A stretch of DNA of 64,000 nt from NCBI GenBank assembly GCA_017615795.1, contig JAFZZK010000048.1, positions 32,283-96,282 of the forward strand, written 5' to 3'. Shown piece after piece: positions 1 through 9,171 of the stretch; position 1 is the first letter of the stretch, and each line of letters opens with the position of its first letter. The stretch comes from Bacteroidales bacterium (GTDB taxonomy: Bacteria > Bacteroidota > Bacteroidia > Bacteroidales > WCHB1-69). The notes below the pieces were generated by a model. That model was given only the letters and a program-made list of their open reading frames with translations, had not been told where the DNA came from and ran no database searches. The translations under genes were made by a program, and so were the position numbers.

Positions 1-1220
1 GAATGGATGAAGTTGTTCCAAATGTTGGTGTCGTCTTCAAAATAGACGGTCAGCACTTTGAGGTTCCCCTTGGCGATAGCACTGTTGAGGGCAGGGAAGT
101 TGGCCATTCTGCCGCGCACCTCACGGCAGGTCGGACAAGTGGGATGCTGCAGGTACAGTATCATATACTCACTTTTTATCTGATAAAAGGTGGTGGTGTC
201 GCCGTTGCTCATCACGATGCGGAAATCGGGCAGAATGTCGCCCTCGTGGTTCTTGTCGATGATGGAAAGCTCGTGCTCGTAGCGCGTTTTGCGGGCCACC
301 TCCAATTTGGGATATTGCAGCATGTATTTGAGCATCTTGATGTAGCTGCCCTCCATCTGATAAGGCGAGGTGTTGCTGCCGAGGATTTTTTCGACCCTGT
401 CAAAGAAATTGTAGAATGTGGTTTCGTTGACTTTGGCGGCATCGAGGGCTGCGATAATGCAGGTGTCCAAGTCTGGGCGGTCGAATTGGTAGATGAAATT
501 GCAGAACTCTTTGATCTTGTTCTCGCCTAAGGGGGTGTTTAATATGCGCGGGTCATTCCATGGAAAATTGTCGAAATAGTGTTCCATGTAGAATTTCTGC
601 ATACGTAGCCTGTCGTTGTAGTACTCTTGTGGCGGTTGCGGAGCCTCGATGGAGGATCCGATGACAGAAGCGAGCAGAGTGCCCGGATTTTGGGCAATCA
701 CTTGTCGTTGAAAAGCCTCTTTTTCTGCCATGATGCGTCGTGCACGGGCAGTCAACGAGTCGGCGAAGACGCGCAGCATGTATTGTGGCATGCTCACTTG
801 CGCCTGCTGGAACTCGATGTTCAGCATCTCCATCTGGTTGTCGAATTGCTGCATTTGGGTTACGTATGTGTGGTAGTTGGTGTTCTCGGTGCTGCCGGTA
901 TAGACAATCTTGCCCGTGTCAATGGACGAGGTGAATTTTTGGTTCTTGTCGGAAGAGATGAGGAATGCATCTATCAGGGAACTGTCAGCCAGTACCCAGA
1001 ACAAGCCGGGTTCCAAGGAGGTCTTGCTTCTGTAGGTGAGCTCGGATGCAAAAGGCTCGGCAAAGATGGTTTCCATCTTCCTTGATTTTGTGGAGAAAGC
1101 CTGTATCTTGATAGTGTCGGCTTTGACATTGCGGATCTTCAGCTTGATTTCCGCCTGGGCAAGGGCGTCGCAAGTGAATCCGAGGACTATGAGGACGAGT
1201 AGAGAAAGTCTTTTCATCAT
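1..1220 (-). CDS. Thioredoxin-like (TlpA/AhpC-TSA-type redoxin) lipoprotein; C-terminus cut by window edge
   Basis: Absent from the ORF track because it has no stop inside the window. The reverse-complement frame is open from ATG 1220-1218 to base 1 (hand-translated MMKRLSLLVLIVLGFTCDALAQAEIKLKIRNVKADT..., and near the edge ...MILYLQHPTCPTCREVRGRMANFP...). It has a signal/lipobox-like N-terminus and a CPTC CxxC redoxin motif. Plus-strand ORFs 3..530 and 627..1085 are shadow ORFs of this gene. Confidence 0.7.
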   Translation of the reverse strand, partial: MMKRLSLLVLIVLGFTCDALAQAEIKLKIRNVKADTIKIQAFSTKSRKMETIFAEPFASELTYRSKTSLEPGLFWVLADSSLIDAFLISSDKNQKFTSSIDTGKIVYTGSTENTNYHTYVTQMQQFDNQMEMLNIEFQQAQVSMPQYMLRVFADSLTARARRIMAEKEAFQRQVIAQNPGTLLASVIGSSIEAPQPPQEYYNDRLRMQKFYMEHYFDNFPWNDPRILNTPLGENKIKEFCNFIYQFDRPDLDTCIIAALDAAKVNETTFYNFFDRVEKILGSNTSPYQMEGSYIKMLKYMLQYPKLEVARKTRYEHELSIIDKNHEGDILPDFRIVMSNGDTTTFYQIKSEYMILYLQHPTCPTCREVRGRMANFPALNSAIAKGNLKVLTVYFEDDTNIWNNFIH

Positions 1221-1226
1221 GTTATA

Positions 1227-2786
1227 TTATGCTTTTTTTTGTTCAGACTGAAGGAAACGAAAGGCTTTGCCAAAATATTGTGGCAGGTCGGAGGCGATGA
1301 GCGAGTGGGTGGCGTTTTCCTGGACATACAGGTCGCCGGCAAGGCCATGGAGATGGACTCCCAACAGGGCTGCGGATATGGGGTTGTAGCCTTGGGCCAG
1401 CAGGGCGAGGAGTAGTCCTGTGAGCACGTCGCCGCTGCCGGCAGTGGCCATGCCGTCGTTGCCGGTCGTGTTGAAGAACTGCATGCCGTCGGGTAATGAG
1501 ATGAGGGTGTGATGTCCTTTGAGCACGAGTACGATGTTGTATCGCTGGGCGAATGCGCGTGCTTGTTCCATGCGGTGGAAATCGTTGTCGGCAGGTCCGG
1601 CCAGTCGTTCGAATTCGGCCACATGCGGCGTGAGGATGCTCCATTGCGGCAGGAAAGCGAGCCAGGTCTTGTCGTTGGCGAGCACATTGAGCGCGTCGGC
1701 GTCAATGATAATCGGCATAGTGATGGAGTCAAGCACCTCTTTGACGAGGTTAACGGTCGGGCGGTTGGTGCCTAATCCCGGTCCTATGGCGATGGCGTTG
1801 ATATTGTGGGGTAGCGTTCCCCAGTCTATGCAGCTGACCTGTTGTGGGTCGGTGTCGATATGGAGGATGGCTTCCGGCAACACGGCGGGCACGTATTGTG
1901 CCGCATCTGCCGCAGTGTGGAGCGTGAGTTTCCCGATGCCGCCGCGCATGGCGGCGGTGGCGGACAGTATGGCGGCGCCAGGCATGGATGCACTTCCGGC
2001 AATGAGCAGGCCGTGGCCGAATGTGCCCTTGTGGGCGTAAGGGCTCCTCGGCTTTAGCATTTGTCTCGCGAGATCATAGGAAAACAGGCTGGGGTTCGTT
2101 TCTAAATCGGGTGGGGCTTCCATTCCGATGTCGAGAACTTGCACGTCCCCGCAAAACGGGGCGGTCTCGGGCAGGAGAAATGCCACCTTCTGGAATTGCA
2201 TGGAGAGTGTGAGGTCGGCCATCACGATGTCGCAGGTGTGTGGCGTGTGTTGGTCGGCAAAGAGCCCCGATGGCGTGTCAATCGCCACGACGAGTGCATC
2301 GGATGCATTGATGGCACGGATGGCTGCGGCCTGGATGCCCGCCGCCGGCTTGTTGAGCCCGATGCCGAAGAGGGCGTCGATGATGAGCGCATCTGTGGGG
2401 ATCTCAAGAGGCTTCTCCTCATCGAACATGACAGTGCGTGTGCGCCCGGTGCCCTGCGACCTCTCCCAGCGGGCGTGATTCGCCTTGAACTCAGGCGTGC
2501 AGCGTGGGTTCGGCCCTTGGCAGAGCACCACAGTGACAGTGTCGATGCGTGCGGAGGCGTCCGTGGCTAACTGGCAGGCTACTACAAGGCCGTCGCCGCC
2601 GTTGTTGCCGGTGCCGCAAAAGACGAAGACATGGTTGCACGGGATGTCCTCCATCCATTGATGGATGGCCTTCGTGGCGGCAGTGCCGGCGCGCTCCATC
2701 AACTCCAGGGAGGTGATGTGCTGGCTTTCCATCGTGTGTCGTTCGCTTTCGCGAATCTGGGGCACTGTGAGTAGATATGTGTGCAT
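1227..2786 (-). CDS. nnr: Bifunctional NAD(P)H-hydrate repair enzyme (epimerase / ADP-dependent dehydratase), YjeF family
   Basis: 519-aa ORF. N-terminal YjeF-N signature FCGTGNNGGDGLVVA. The C-terminal carbohydrate-kinase-like half contains ATAGSGDVLTG. Confidence 0.9.
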   Translation of the reverse strand: MHTYLLTVPQIRESERHTMESQHITSLELMERAGTAATKAIHQWMEDIPCNHVFVFCGTGNNGGDGLVVACQLATDASARIDTVTVVLCQGPNPRCTPEFKANHARWERSQGTGRTRTVMFDEEKPLEIPTDALIIDALFGIGLNKPAAGIQAAAIRAINASDALVVAIDTPSGLFADQHTPHTCDIVMADLTLSMQFQKVAFLLPETAPFCGDVQVLDIGMEAPPDLETNPSLFSYDLARQMLKPRSPYAHKGTFGHGLLIAGSASMPGAAILSATAAMRGGIGKLTLHTAADAAQYVPAVLPEAILHIDTDPQQVSCIDWGTLPHNINAIAIGPGLGTNRPTVNLVKEVLDSITMPIIIDADALNVLANDKTWLAFLPQWSILTPHVAEFERLAGPADNDFHRMEQARAFAQRYNIVLVLKGHHTLISLPDGMQFFNTTGNDGMATAGSGDVLTGLLLALLAQGYNPISAALLGVHLHGLAGDLYVQENATHSLIASDLPQYFGKAFRFLQSEQKKA

Positions 2787-2839
2787 GGGCGGGCGAATGG
2801 TCTTGGTTGACTGTCTGTTCTTTTTTCTGAATAAGCCCG

Positions 2840-2847
2840 CAAAAATA
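2840..2847 (-). promoter_or_regulatory. Bacteroidota -7 box (TATTTTTG) upstream of nnr
   Basis: Reverse complement of caaaaata matches the TAnnTTTG consensus about 55 nt upstream of the nnr ATG. The spurious ORF 2491..2850 begins MYFC by reading through it. Confidence 0.5.
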
Positions 2848-2852
2848 CAAAA

Positions 2853-3560
2853 TTATAATCTTCCCTCATGGAGAAAACTGAAGTAGCTGTTCTTGTGGAG
2901 TATGATGTGGTCAAGGACTTCGATGTGAAAAATGTTGCCGGCATCCTGGATGTTCTTGGTCAGCATCTTGTCAGCGGAGCTGGGGGTGACGGACCCGGAG
3001 GGGTGGTTGTGACAGAGTATGAGGGCCGTTGCCTGGTGAAGCAGCGCCTCTTGGAAGATGAGCCGAATGTCCACAGTGGTGGCTGACAGGCCTCCCTTGC
3101 CAATTTGTCCGATGTGCAGAATGCGTGCCGATTGGTTGAGGTAGATGACCCAGAACTCCTCGTGCGCGAGATGTCCGATTCGTTTTTGCATGAGCTCGAG
3201 CACGTCCTGGGCGGAGCTGATGTGCTGACCTTGTTCAATCTTCTCTGCGCGGATGCGTCGCCCCAGTTCGAAGGCGGCTTGCAGGGTGACAGCCTTGGCT
3301 TGCCCGATGCCGTTGATCTCCATCAGTTGTTGGGTGGTGAGCCCCTCTAACCGGTTAAGCCGGTTGCCGCACGCATGAAGGATGCGCTTGGAAAGATCCA
3401 CGGCGCTTTCGGAGGCGGTGCCGGTTCTGAGGAGAATGGCGAGCAATTCGGCATCGGTTAGTGCTGTCGAACCTCTGCGGGCGTATTTTTCCCGCGGCCG
3501 GTCCTCAACGCACCACTGGGATATGGTCAGCTTTGGGACGGGTCGGTTGCGTTGTTCCAT
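2853..3560 (-). CDS. radC: RadC-family JAB/JAMM domain protein
   Basis: 235 aa. Helix-hairpin-helix region INGIGQAKAVTLQAAFELGRR. JAMM motif LILCHNHPSGSVTPSSAD. Confidence 0.9.
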   Translation of the reverse strand: MEQRNRPVPKLTISQWCVEDRPREKYARRGSTALTDAELLAILLRTGTASESAVDLSKRILHACGNRLNRLEGLTTQQLMEINGIGQAKAVTLQAAFELGRRIRAEKIEQGQHISSAQDVLELMQKRIGHLAHEEFWVIYLNQSARILHIGQIGKGGLSATTVDIRLIFQEALLHQATALILCHNHPSGSVTPSSADKMLTKNIQDAGNIFHIEVLDHIILHKNSYFSFLHEGRL

Positions 3561-3572
3561 TGTGCTGGGCTG

Positions 3573-4508
3573 TTAGACGGTGTGCGCTCGTTTCAGCAAA
3601 TAGGGTAGCAGGATCTGGTCGAAACCTTGGGTGATGTCGGCGGGGATTACGTCAATTTGGTGCTGCCCGCACTTGACCTTGATTTCGTGGAAATACTCAT
3701 GTATCGTATTCTGGTAGAATTCGCGGATGTTGTTGGCATGCACCTTGATTTCACGACCCGTTTCCATGTCGACGAACTTGTAGAGGCGGTTCTCGAAGGC
3801 GAAGTCGTATTCGAGGCTCTTGTCGAAGGTGTGGAAAAGCAGCACCTCGTGCTTGTTGTGGCGCAGGTGCCCAAGTGCGAGCATCATCTCGTCAAGGTCT
3901 TTCTGACTTTCCAACATGTCGCTGAATATGATGACGATGGAACGGCGGTGTATTTGCTCTGCAATCTGGTGCAAGGTGTCGGTGACCATGGAATTCCGGT
4001 GCACTTCCGTGCCTATGGGTTGTAGAATCTTCTCTAACTCACGGTAGATCATCTTGTGGTGGGCGTCGCCGCCACGCGCGCTGGTGTGTAACTCGAGCTT
4101 GTCGGAAAAGACGCTCAGCCCAACCGCGTCGCGTTGACTCTTGAAGATCTGCATCAGTACGGCGGCGGCATAGACGGCGAAGAAAATCTTGTTGGGCGCT
4201 GCCAAAGAGTATTGGTCACGAATGGGGAAGTACATCGACGACGAGTTGTCAATGACAAGGTGGCAACGCAAGTTGGTCTCTTCTTCGAAAGTCTTGATGA
4301 ACAGCTTGTCGGTGCGGGCGTAGAGCTTCCAGTCGATGTGCCGTATGGGCTCGCCCGTGTTGTACTGGCGATGCTCGGCGAACTCCACGGAGAAGCCGTG
4401 CATGGGGCTCTTGTGCAGTCCCGTGATGAAGCCTTCCACCACCTGCTTGGCGATGAATTCAACGTGGTCGTATTGGGTGACTTTGGTTAGATCTATCGTG
4501 TAGGCCAT
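3573..4508 (-). CDS. DUF58 (vWA-like) domain protein
   Basis: DWKLYARTDKLFIKTFEEETNLRCHLVIDNSSSM is typical of DUF58. I moved the start from 4616 to ATG 4508 (MAYTIDL...) because the upstream 36 codons read through a promoter box. Confidence 0.8.
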   Translation of the reverse strand: MAYTIDLTKVTQYDHVEFIAKQVVEGFITGLHKSPMHGFSVEFAEHRQYNTGEPIRHIDWKLYARTDKLFIKTFEEETNLRCHLVIDNSSSMYFPIRDQYSLAAPNKIFFAVYAAAVLMQIFKSQRDAVGLSVFSDKLELHTSARGGDAHHKMIYRELEKILQPIGTEVHRNSMVTDTLHQIAEQIHRRSIVIIFSDMLESQKDLDEMMLALGHLRHNKHEVLLFHTFDKSLEYDFAFENRLYKFVDMETGREIKVHANNIREFYQNTIHEYFHEIKVKCGQHQIDVIPADITQGFDQILLPYLLKRAHTV

Positions 4509-4528
4509 CTGCGTGTGAAATTGAGCGG

Positions 4529-4536
4529 CAAAAGTA
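4529..4536 (-). promoter_or_regulatory. -7 box (TACTTTTG) upstream of the DUF58 gene
   Basis: Reverse complement of caaaagta, 21 nt upstream of ATG 4508. Confidence 0.5.
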
Positions 4537-4612
4537 CAAAAAAAATCAGGCGATTCCACTATGGGATGCATCGTGATATTGACGGGTCGAGGCTTTCTTG
4601 TGGTGTAGGTCA

Positions 4613-6283
4613 TCACGGTCGTCTCTCTTTGGGTGTTGTGGTGTTGAATTTCCGCCAGAAATCCAGAAAGCTTTCTTGGAAAGAGAAAGAATACGGGTCG
4701 TCGTCGAGGATGTCGTTGAGGGAGAATAAAATGGGAGCCCTACCTGTCTCGTGAAACAACAGCGCAGGATAGGTGATGCTATCAGGCTGCATGAACGAAG
4801 GATAGCTTGCATATTGTTTGCGATCAAGGTAATACAGCCGAAATGGCCTTTCCAGATGCTGTTCGGTGTCTTTTTGAATCTCACGTTCCAGTAAGGCTCC
4901 CGGGATGTATGGATATAGAATTCCAATATGGACATCGTTGGCGATGGTGTCGTCGAGCAGCCGCAGCAGATGGCGTACGCAGGCGGAACATTCCAGTTCG
5001 TTGTTGACCAGCAACACATGCTTTCCCCGCGGAAGATCGTCCAAGGCGTGAGGCCTGGAGTCTGTGTCCACGAAAAAAGGCGGCGAGGCAGGGTCGTTGT
5101 TTTTGTAGCGCATGATTCTGATTTTAAAAACAGGGTCGTTCCTTTTGAAGTATGCTTCTCGTGCTTGCTTGTACTCGTCGGGAGTCCGGCCATGCCAATC
5201 GGACGTGTCCTCGGCAGAGATCTCCAACAACAGGTCGTTCCAGCTGGTGTGTGCCTTGTCCTCCTGTGTGTCAAAGAGGTTGAAGGGGAAACGTCCGTCG
5301 CTGTAGGGCGCTTGTGAGGTGTCTTGGGCATGGTGGAGTCTTGTGCGGCCAGTTTCGTCGAGGGAGGCGAATGCTGGCCGCGACTTGCCAGTGAGTGTGT
5401 CATATTGTGTGTAGTACAAGAGATAGGTGTTGCCCAAGGGAAAGACGACCTTTGGATACGAATACTCGAAAATCTCGTCCATGGTGGCATAGATTCTCTC
5501 CACCCCGTAGGGCACGGAGAGACTCTTTTGAATGTAATCATCCGAAAAGGGATGCCACTGGGGAAGATCGAAGTTTATGTCCTCCAAATGGTTGCCATTC
5601 AAGCTGTACTTGTGCAACACCGGGAACCTTGTACTTAAAAAATAGAGTGCGGTTGAGTCGTGGAAGAGGTAGCGGTTGGGGTTGGCCTGCACCACATGGG
5701 GCGCTTCGTAGGCGAGATCGCGGATGATCTCTTCGTGGCCACCTCGGATGGGACGCCGAAACCATTTGTATCCTGTGTCGTGATCCTCTTCTAAAATGTA
5801 GAGATATCCTTCGTGCAGGTAGGCAGTCTTGCTGTTGGGATGCGCGTGCATCGCCTCGAAGGAGAACGTGCTGTCGTTCTTCCTTCGATAGAGTAGCAAG
5901 AGGTCCTGTGCCGACAAAACCAAGAAGTCTTTGTCGAAACTTAGATCGTAAATCCAAAGTTTGGTAGCCAACTGCTCTTTCCGTTCCTTGGTGGAGGGAA
6001 AGGGTAGGGGGATGTCGGCTTGGGCATAATCACGGAGCGACAGGGCGTGCAGGACGGCGTTGTATCCTGACTCCTTGTGATGGAAAGCATCCATCTCGAT
6101 GCAGTAGAATACTTCGTCGTGGACACAGCTCTTGAGTCTCGATAGATTCTGGTCTTGGAAGGTGTGTTGAAGAACGATGGATGTGTCAAGATTGAATGAG
6201 GACCCTATCCAAGATTGTCCGAATGCAGCGATGGTCCAGAGTAGGCATGCCCCGAACATCGCCATGATTGTGCGTGGTTTCAT
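4613..6283 (-). CDS. Secreted hypothetical protein with C-terminal thioredoxin-like CxxC segment
   Basis: 556 aa. Signal peptide MKPRTIMAMFGACLLWTIAAFGQ. No family recognised for the N-terminal ~400 aa. C-terminal VLLVNNELECSACVRHLL carries a CSAC motif. Confidence 0.6.
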   Translation of the reverse strand: MKPRTIMAMFGACLLWTIAAFGQSWIGSSFNLDTSIVLQHTFQDQNLSRLKSCVHDEVFYCIEMDAFHHKESGYNAVLHALSLRDYAQADIPLPFPSTKERKEQLATKLWIYDLSFDKDFLVLSAQDLLLLYRRKNDSTFSFEAMHAHPNSKTAYLHEGYLYILEEDHDTGYKWFRRPIRGGHEEIIRDLAYEAPHVVQANPNRYLFHDSTALYFLSTRFPVLHKYSLNGNHLEDINFDLPQWHPFSDDYIQKSLSVPYGVERIYATMDEIFEYSYPKVVFPLGNTYLLYYTQYDTLTGKSRPAFASLDETGRTRLHHAQDTSQAPYSDGRFPFNLFDTQEDKAHTSWNDLLLEISAEDTSDWHGRTPDEYKQAREAYFKRNDPVFKIRIMRYKNNDPASPPFFVDTDSRPHALDDLPRGKHVLLVNNELECSACVRHLLRLLDDTIANDVHIGILYPYIPGALLEREIQKDTEQHLERPFRLYYLDRKQYASYPSFMQPDSITYPALLFHETGRAPILFSLNDILDDDPYSFSFQESFLDFWRKFNTTTPKERRP

Positions 6284-6346
6284 TGCGTGTTACGTTAGGT
6301 TAGATGGTGGGTAGTTCTTGTTTGATTTAATCTTATTTACCGTTCG

Positions 6347-6844
6347 TTACATTCGTGATGTCACGTTGCCCACATTGATGTAAATATAAAGGTCGCCTTC
6401 CCCGTAGCTGTTGTATTGCCATTCTCCTTTGACATAGTAGGTCGTGTTGCTGGATCGGCTCCCATTAGGCACGGAGACGGTGACGGACTTGCTGCCTGAG
6501 TTGTTGCCGGCACGGTTGTGCGTCTCGCTGAACTCAATGATCTGGTTGATGGCGTTGCAGCAGGCCTTGTTGACAGCCAACCAGTTCTGGTCGGGCACGC
6601 TGCTGGTGCCGATTTCGCCCAAGCTCAGTCGCGGCACGCGGCAAAAGCTCCAGCCGGCACCCTCGCAATTCAGTAACGCGGGTTGGCTCGCATCAGCGGA
6701 TGGCGTGTACTGAATGTCATTGTACAAATTCAGCCAAGCCAGATAACCGCCATTGCTCTTGTGAATGATGACGTAGGGACGTTCCCTGGCCGAGAGTGAC
6801 AATGCCATGATGCTGACGGTTAATAATAAAAATAATCTTTTCAT
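6347..6844 (-). CDS. Small secreted cysteine-containing hypothetical protein
   Basis: Start set at MKRLFLLLTVSIMALSLSA (ATG 6844). About 165 aa with cysteines in LLNCEGAGWSFCRVP and KACCNAI. No family recognised. Confidence 0.55.
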   Translation of the reverse strand: MKRLFLLLTVSIMALSLSARERPYVIIHKSNGGYLAWLNLYNDIQYTPSADASQPALLNCEGAGWSFCRVPRLSLGEIGTSSVPDQNWLAVNKACCNAINQIIEFSETHNRAGNNSGSKSVTVSVPNGSRSSNTTYYVKGEWQYNSYGEGDLYIYINVGNVTSRM

Positions 6845-7059
6845 AATTTTTTGATTTGAGTTGAATGTTGATGTTTGATTATTGAACACTTTCCGTTTCG
6901 CCGGAATCGGCTCATAAGCGGCGTCTCCGATTGCAGTTGTTTCGCAATACGCAGAGTTCTCTCTTTCCAGTAGGCTTTTCCGTTCTTTAGTGGTTTGTTT
7001 CTTGTTCCTTGTTTGAATGGGCTTCGGGGTGCCAGCCCTCGACCCTGTTTTAGGTGTGA

Positions 7060-7067
7060 CAAAGATA
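7060..7067 (-). promoter_or_regulatory. -7 box (TATCTTTG) giving a ~200-nt leader for the 6844 gene
   Basis: Reverse complement of caaagata. It is the only TAnnTTTG match I see between 6845 and the divergent AT-rich region. Confidence 0.4.
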
Positions 7068-7288
7068 TATTCTCACTGGTCGTTTGTCAAGAGTTTGGTG
7101 AAAATTTTTTCCTCCTGAAAATGAGATAATTATAAAATATGATTTATTATTTTAACAATTATATGTTAATTCTAAAATTTAATTTCGGAGAATTTTGGTT
7201 TTTTTGGCGCAAATCGTTTCAAAAAAACGGTTGGATTTGCTTGTGGAAAATGGTGTCCGACTTGGTGTGAAAGTTTGGGAAAAATATG

Positions 7289-7296
7289 TACTTTTG
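7289..7296 (+). promoter_or_regulatory. -7 box (TACTTTTG) upstream of the carboxyltransferase gene
   Basis: tatgTACTTTTGcacc lies about 60 nt upstream of ATG 7357. Confidence 0.5.
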
Positions 7297-7356
7297 CACC
7301 GCCTCTTTGAGGAAACATAATTAATTGGTATTTACACAAATATATAAATTCAAGCT

Positions 7357-9135
7357 ATGAAAAAGAAGATAAGATTCTGTTTGGTTTACCGCGACATGTG
7401 GCAGTCTTCCGGCAAGTATCAGCCCCGCGTCGACCAGTTGAAGGAAATAGCCCCCGTAATTGTGAAGATGGGCTGCTTCGCCCGTGTGGAGACGAATGGC
7501 GGTGCTTTTGAGCAGGTGAATCTCATGTATGGCGAGAATCCCAATCATGCGGTGCGCGAATGGACGAAACCTTTGCGCGAGGCCGGCATCCAGACCCAAA
7601 TGCTGGAACGCGGACTGAACGGCCTGCGTATGTATCCTGTGCCTGCCGACGTGCGTCGTCTGATGTTCAAGGTTAAAAAGGCGCAGGGTGTGGATGTCGT
7701 CCGTTCTTTCTGCGGTCTCAACGACTATCGGAACTTAGAGCTCTCCATTAAATATGCCAACGAGTTTGGCCTCATTTCTCAGGCTGCCCTCAGCATTACC
7801 TATTCGCCGGTCCATACGATAGAACACTATATGGAGATTGTGGACAAGTATGTGGAGTATGGTGCGAAAGAGATTGGCCTGAAGGATATGGCCGGCATCG
7901 GACGCCCCGAAATGCTGGGCAAGCTGACTCGCTGTATCAAGGAGAAATACCCACAGGTGGCCGTCCAATACCACGGGCACACGGGTCCTGGCCTTTCGAT
8001 GGCCTCTGTGCTGGAGGTCTGTAAGAACGGTGCCGACATCATTGACGTGGCCATGGAACCCCTATCCTGGGGCATGGTCCACCCTGATGTCATCTCCGTG
8101 CAGGCCATGTTGCGCGATGCCGGCTTCGACGTGCCCGACATCAATATGAGTGCCTATATGGAGGCCCGCACCTTGACGCAGAAGTTTATCGACGATTTCC
8201 TGGGCTACTTCATCGAGCCTAAAAACAAGATATGCACCTCCCTGTTGCTCGGTTGTGGCCTACCCGGCGGTATGATGGGCTCCATGATGGCAGACCTCAA
8301 AGGCTTGAAGGATGCCATCAACCTCTCCCTCCGCAACGCGGGTAAGAAAGAACTCTCAGAGGATGAGCTTCTGGTGAAATTGTTTGACGAGGTGCAGTAT
8401 GTATGGCCGCGTGTCGGCACCCCCGGCTTGGTCACCCCGTTTAGCCAGTATGTCAAGAACATCGCGCTGATGAACATCCTCGCCGAAGCACAGGGCAAGC
8501 CCCGTTATTCCAGCATGGACAAGAATATGTGGGACATGATTCTCGGTCGGTGCGGACGTCTGCCCGGCGAACTCGCTCCTGAAATCATCGAACTCGCCAA
8601 GTCCAAGGGCTACGAGTTTTTCACGGGTGTGCCCCAGGACAACTATCCCGACGAGTTGCCCAAATACCGTGAGATGATGAAAGAGCGGGGCTGGGATTGT
8701 GGCCCGGATGACGAAGAACTCTTTGAATTTGCCATGCATGAACGTCAGTATATTGATTATAAAGAGGGTAGGGCGAAGAAGAACTTCATCGAGGCCCTCG
8801 CCAAGGCCAAACTCAAAGCCGAAGGCGGCAGCGAAGAGAAACTGCCCGAAGAGATAAAGAAGACGCTCATCGACCGTGTGCTGGCCAAAGAGCCCAATGC
8901 CAAGATGATTGTCGCGCCCGTCTCCGGTCAGGTGATCTGGGAACTTGCCATGGAAGAGGACTCCATGCCCAAGGCCATCGGCACTCGTGTCAAGGAAGGG
9001 GAAACTGTATGCTTCGTCGCTGCCTATTATGGCAACGAGGAGGTCCACTCCCTGTATGACGGTCGTATCCTGGAAATCATTGCCAAACAAGGCGACAAAG
9101 TGAAGAAGGGCGATATAATTGCGTTTGTCTTATAG
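7357..9135 (+). CDS. Carboxyltransferase of the OadA / transcarboxylase-5S / pyruvate carboxylase-B type with a C-terminal biotinyl/lipoyl-like domain
   Basis: 592 aa. TIM-barrel carboxyltransferase motifs are present: IGLKDMAGIG and VQYHGHTGPG. The C-terminal ~70 aa resemble a biotinyl-carrier fold (VAPVSGQV...GDKVKKGDIIAFVL) but lack the MKM biotinylation motif. Confidence 0.75.
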   Translation: MKKKIRFCLVYRDMWQSSGKYQPRVDQLKEIAPVIVKMGCFARVETNGGAFEQVNLMYGENPNHAVREWTKPLREAGIQTQMLERGLNGLRMYPVPADVRRLMFKVKKAQGVDVVRSFCGLNDYRNLELSIKYANEFGLISQAALSITYSPVHTIEHYMEIVDKYVEYGAKEIGLKDMAGIGRPEMLGKLTRCIKEKYPQVAVQYHGHTGPGLSMASVLEVCKNGADIIDVAMEPLSWGMVHPDVISVQAMLRDAGFDVPDINMSAYMEARTLTQKFIDDFLGYFIEPKNKICTSLLLGCGLPGGMMGSMMADLKGLKDAINLSLRNAGKKELSEDELLVKLFDEVQYVWPRVGTPGLVTPFSQYVKNIALMNILAEAQGKPRYSSMDKNMWDMILGRCGRLPGELAPEIIELAKSKGYEFFTGVPQDNYPDELPKYREMMKERGWDCGPDDEELFEFAMHERQYIDYKEGRAKKNFIEALAKAKLKAEGGSEEKLPEEIKKTLIDRVLAKEPNAKMIVAPVSGQVIWELAMEEDSMPKAIGTRVKEGETVCFVAAYYGNEEVHSLYDGRILEIIAKQGDKVKKGDIIAFVL

Positions 9136-9171
9136 ATAGTAAGGAAACACGCGCGATATAGCTGAACTTGA

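Noticed and set aside
3573-4616. Extended N-termini offered by the ORF track: 4616 for DUF58, 19588 for kal, 36438 for dsbD, 46347 for rseP, 14252 for GT2, 19632 for MBL, 41359 for DUF2147, 41736 for hslR, 15352 for GAF and 6889 for the small secreted protein.
   Set aside because: The extra codons read through TAnnTTTG promoter boxes (the recurrent MYFC peptide) or overlap the preceding gene. An internal ATG gives an N-terminus that fits the family or a signal peptide.
6841-7062. A 73-aa very basic ORF upstream of the small secreted protein gene.
   Set aside because: It begins at a TTG inside the promoter box and overlaps the downstream gene start. I interpret the region as a leader RNA instead.
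7081-7290. An AT-rich ~200-bp block between divergent genes as a possible mobile element scar.
   Set aside because: It has no inverted or direct terminal repeats. It looks like an ordinary divergent promoter region.
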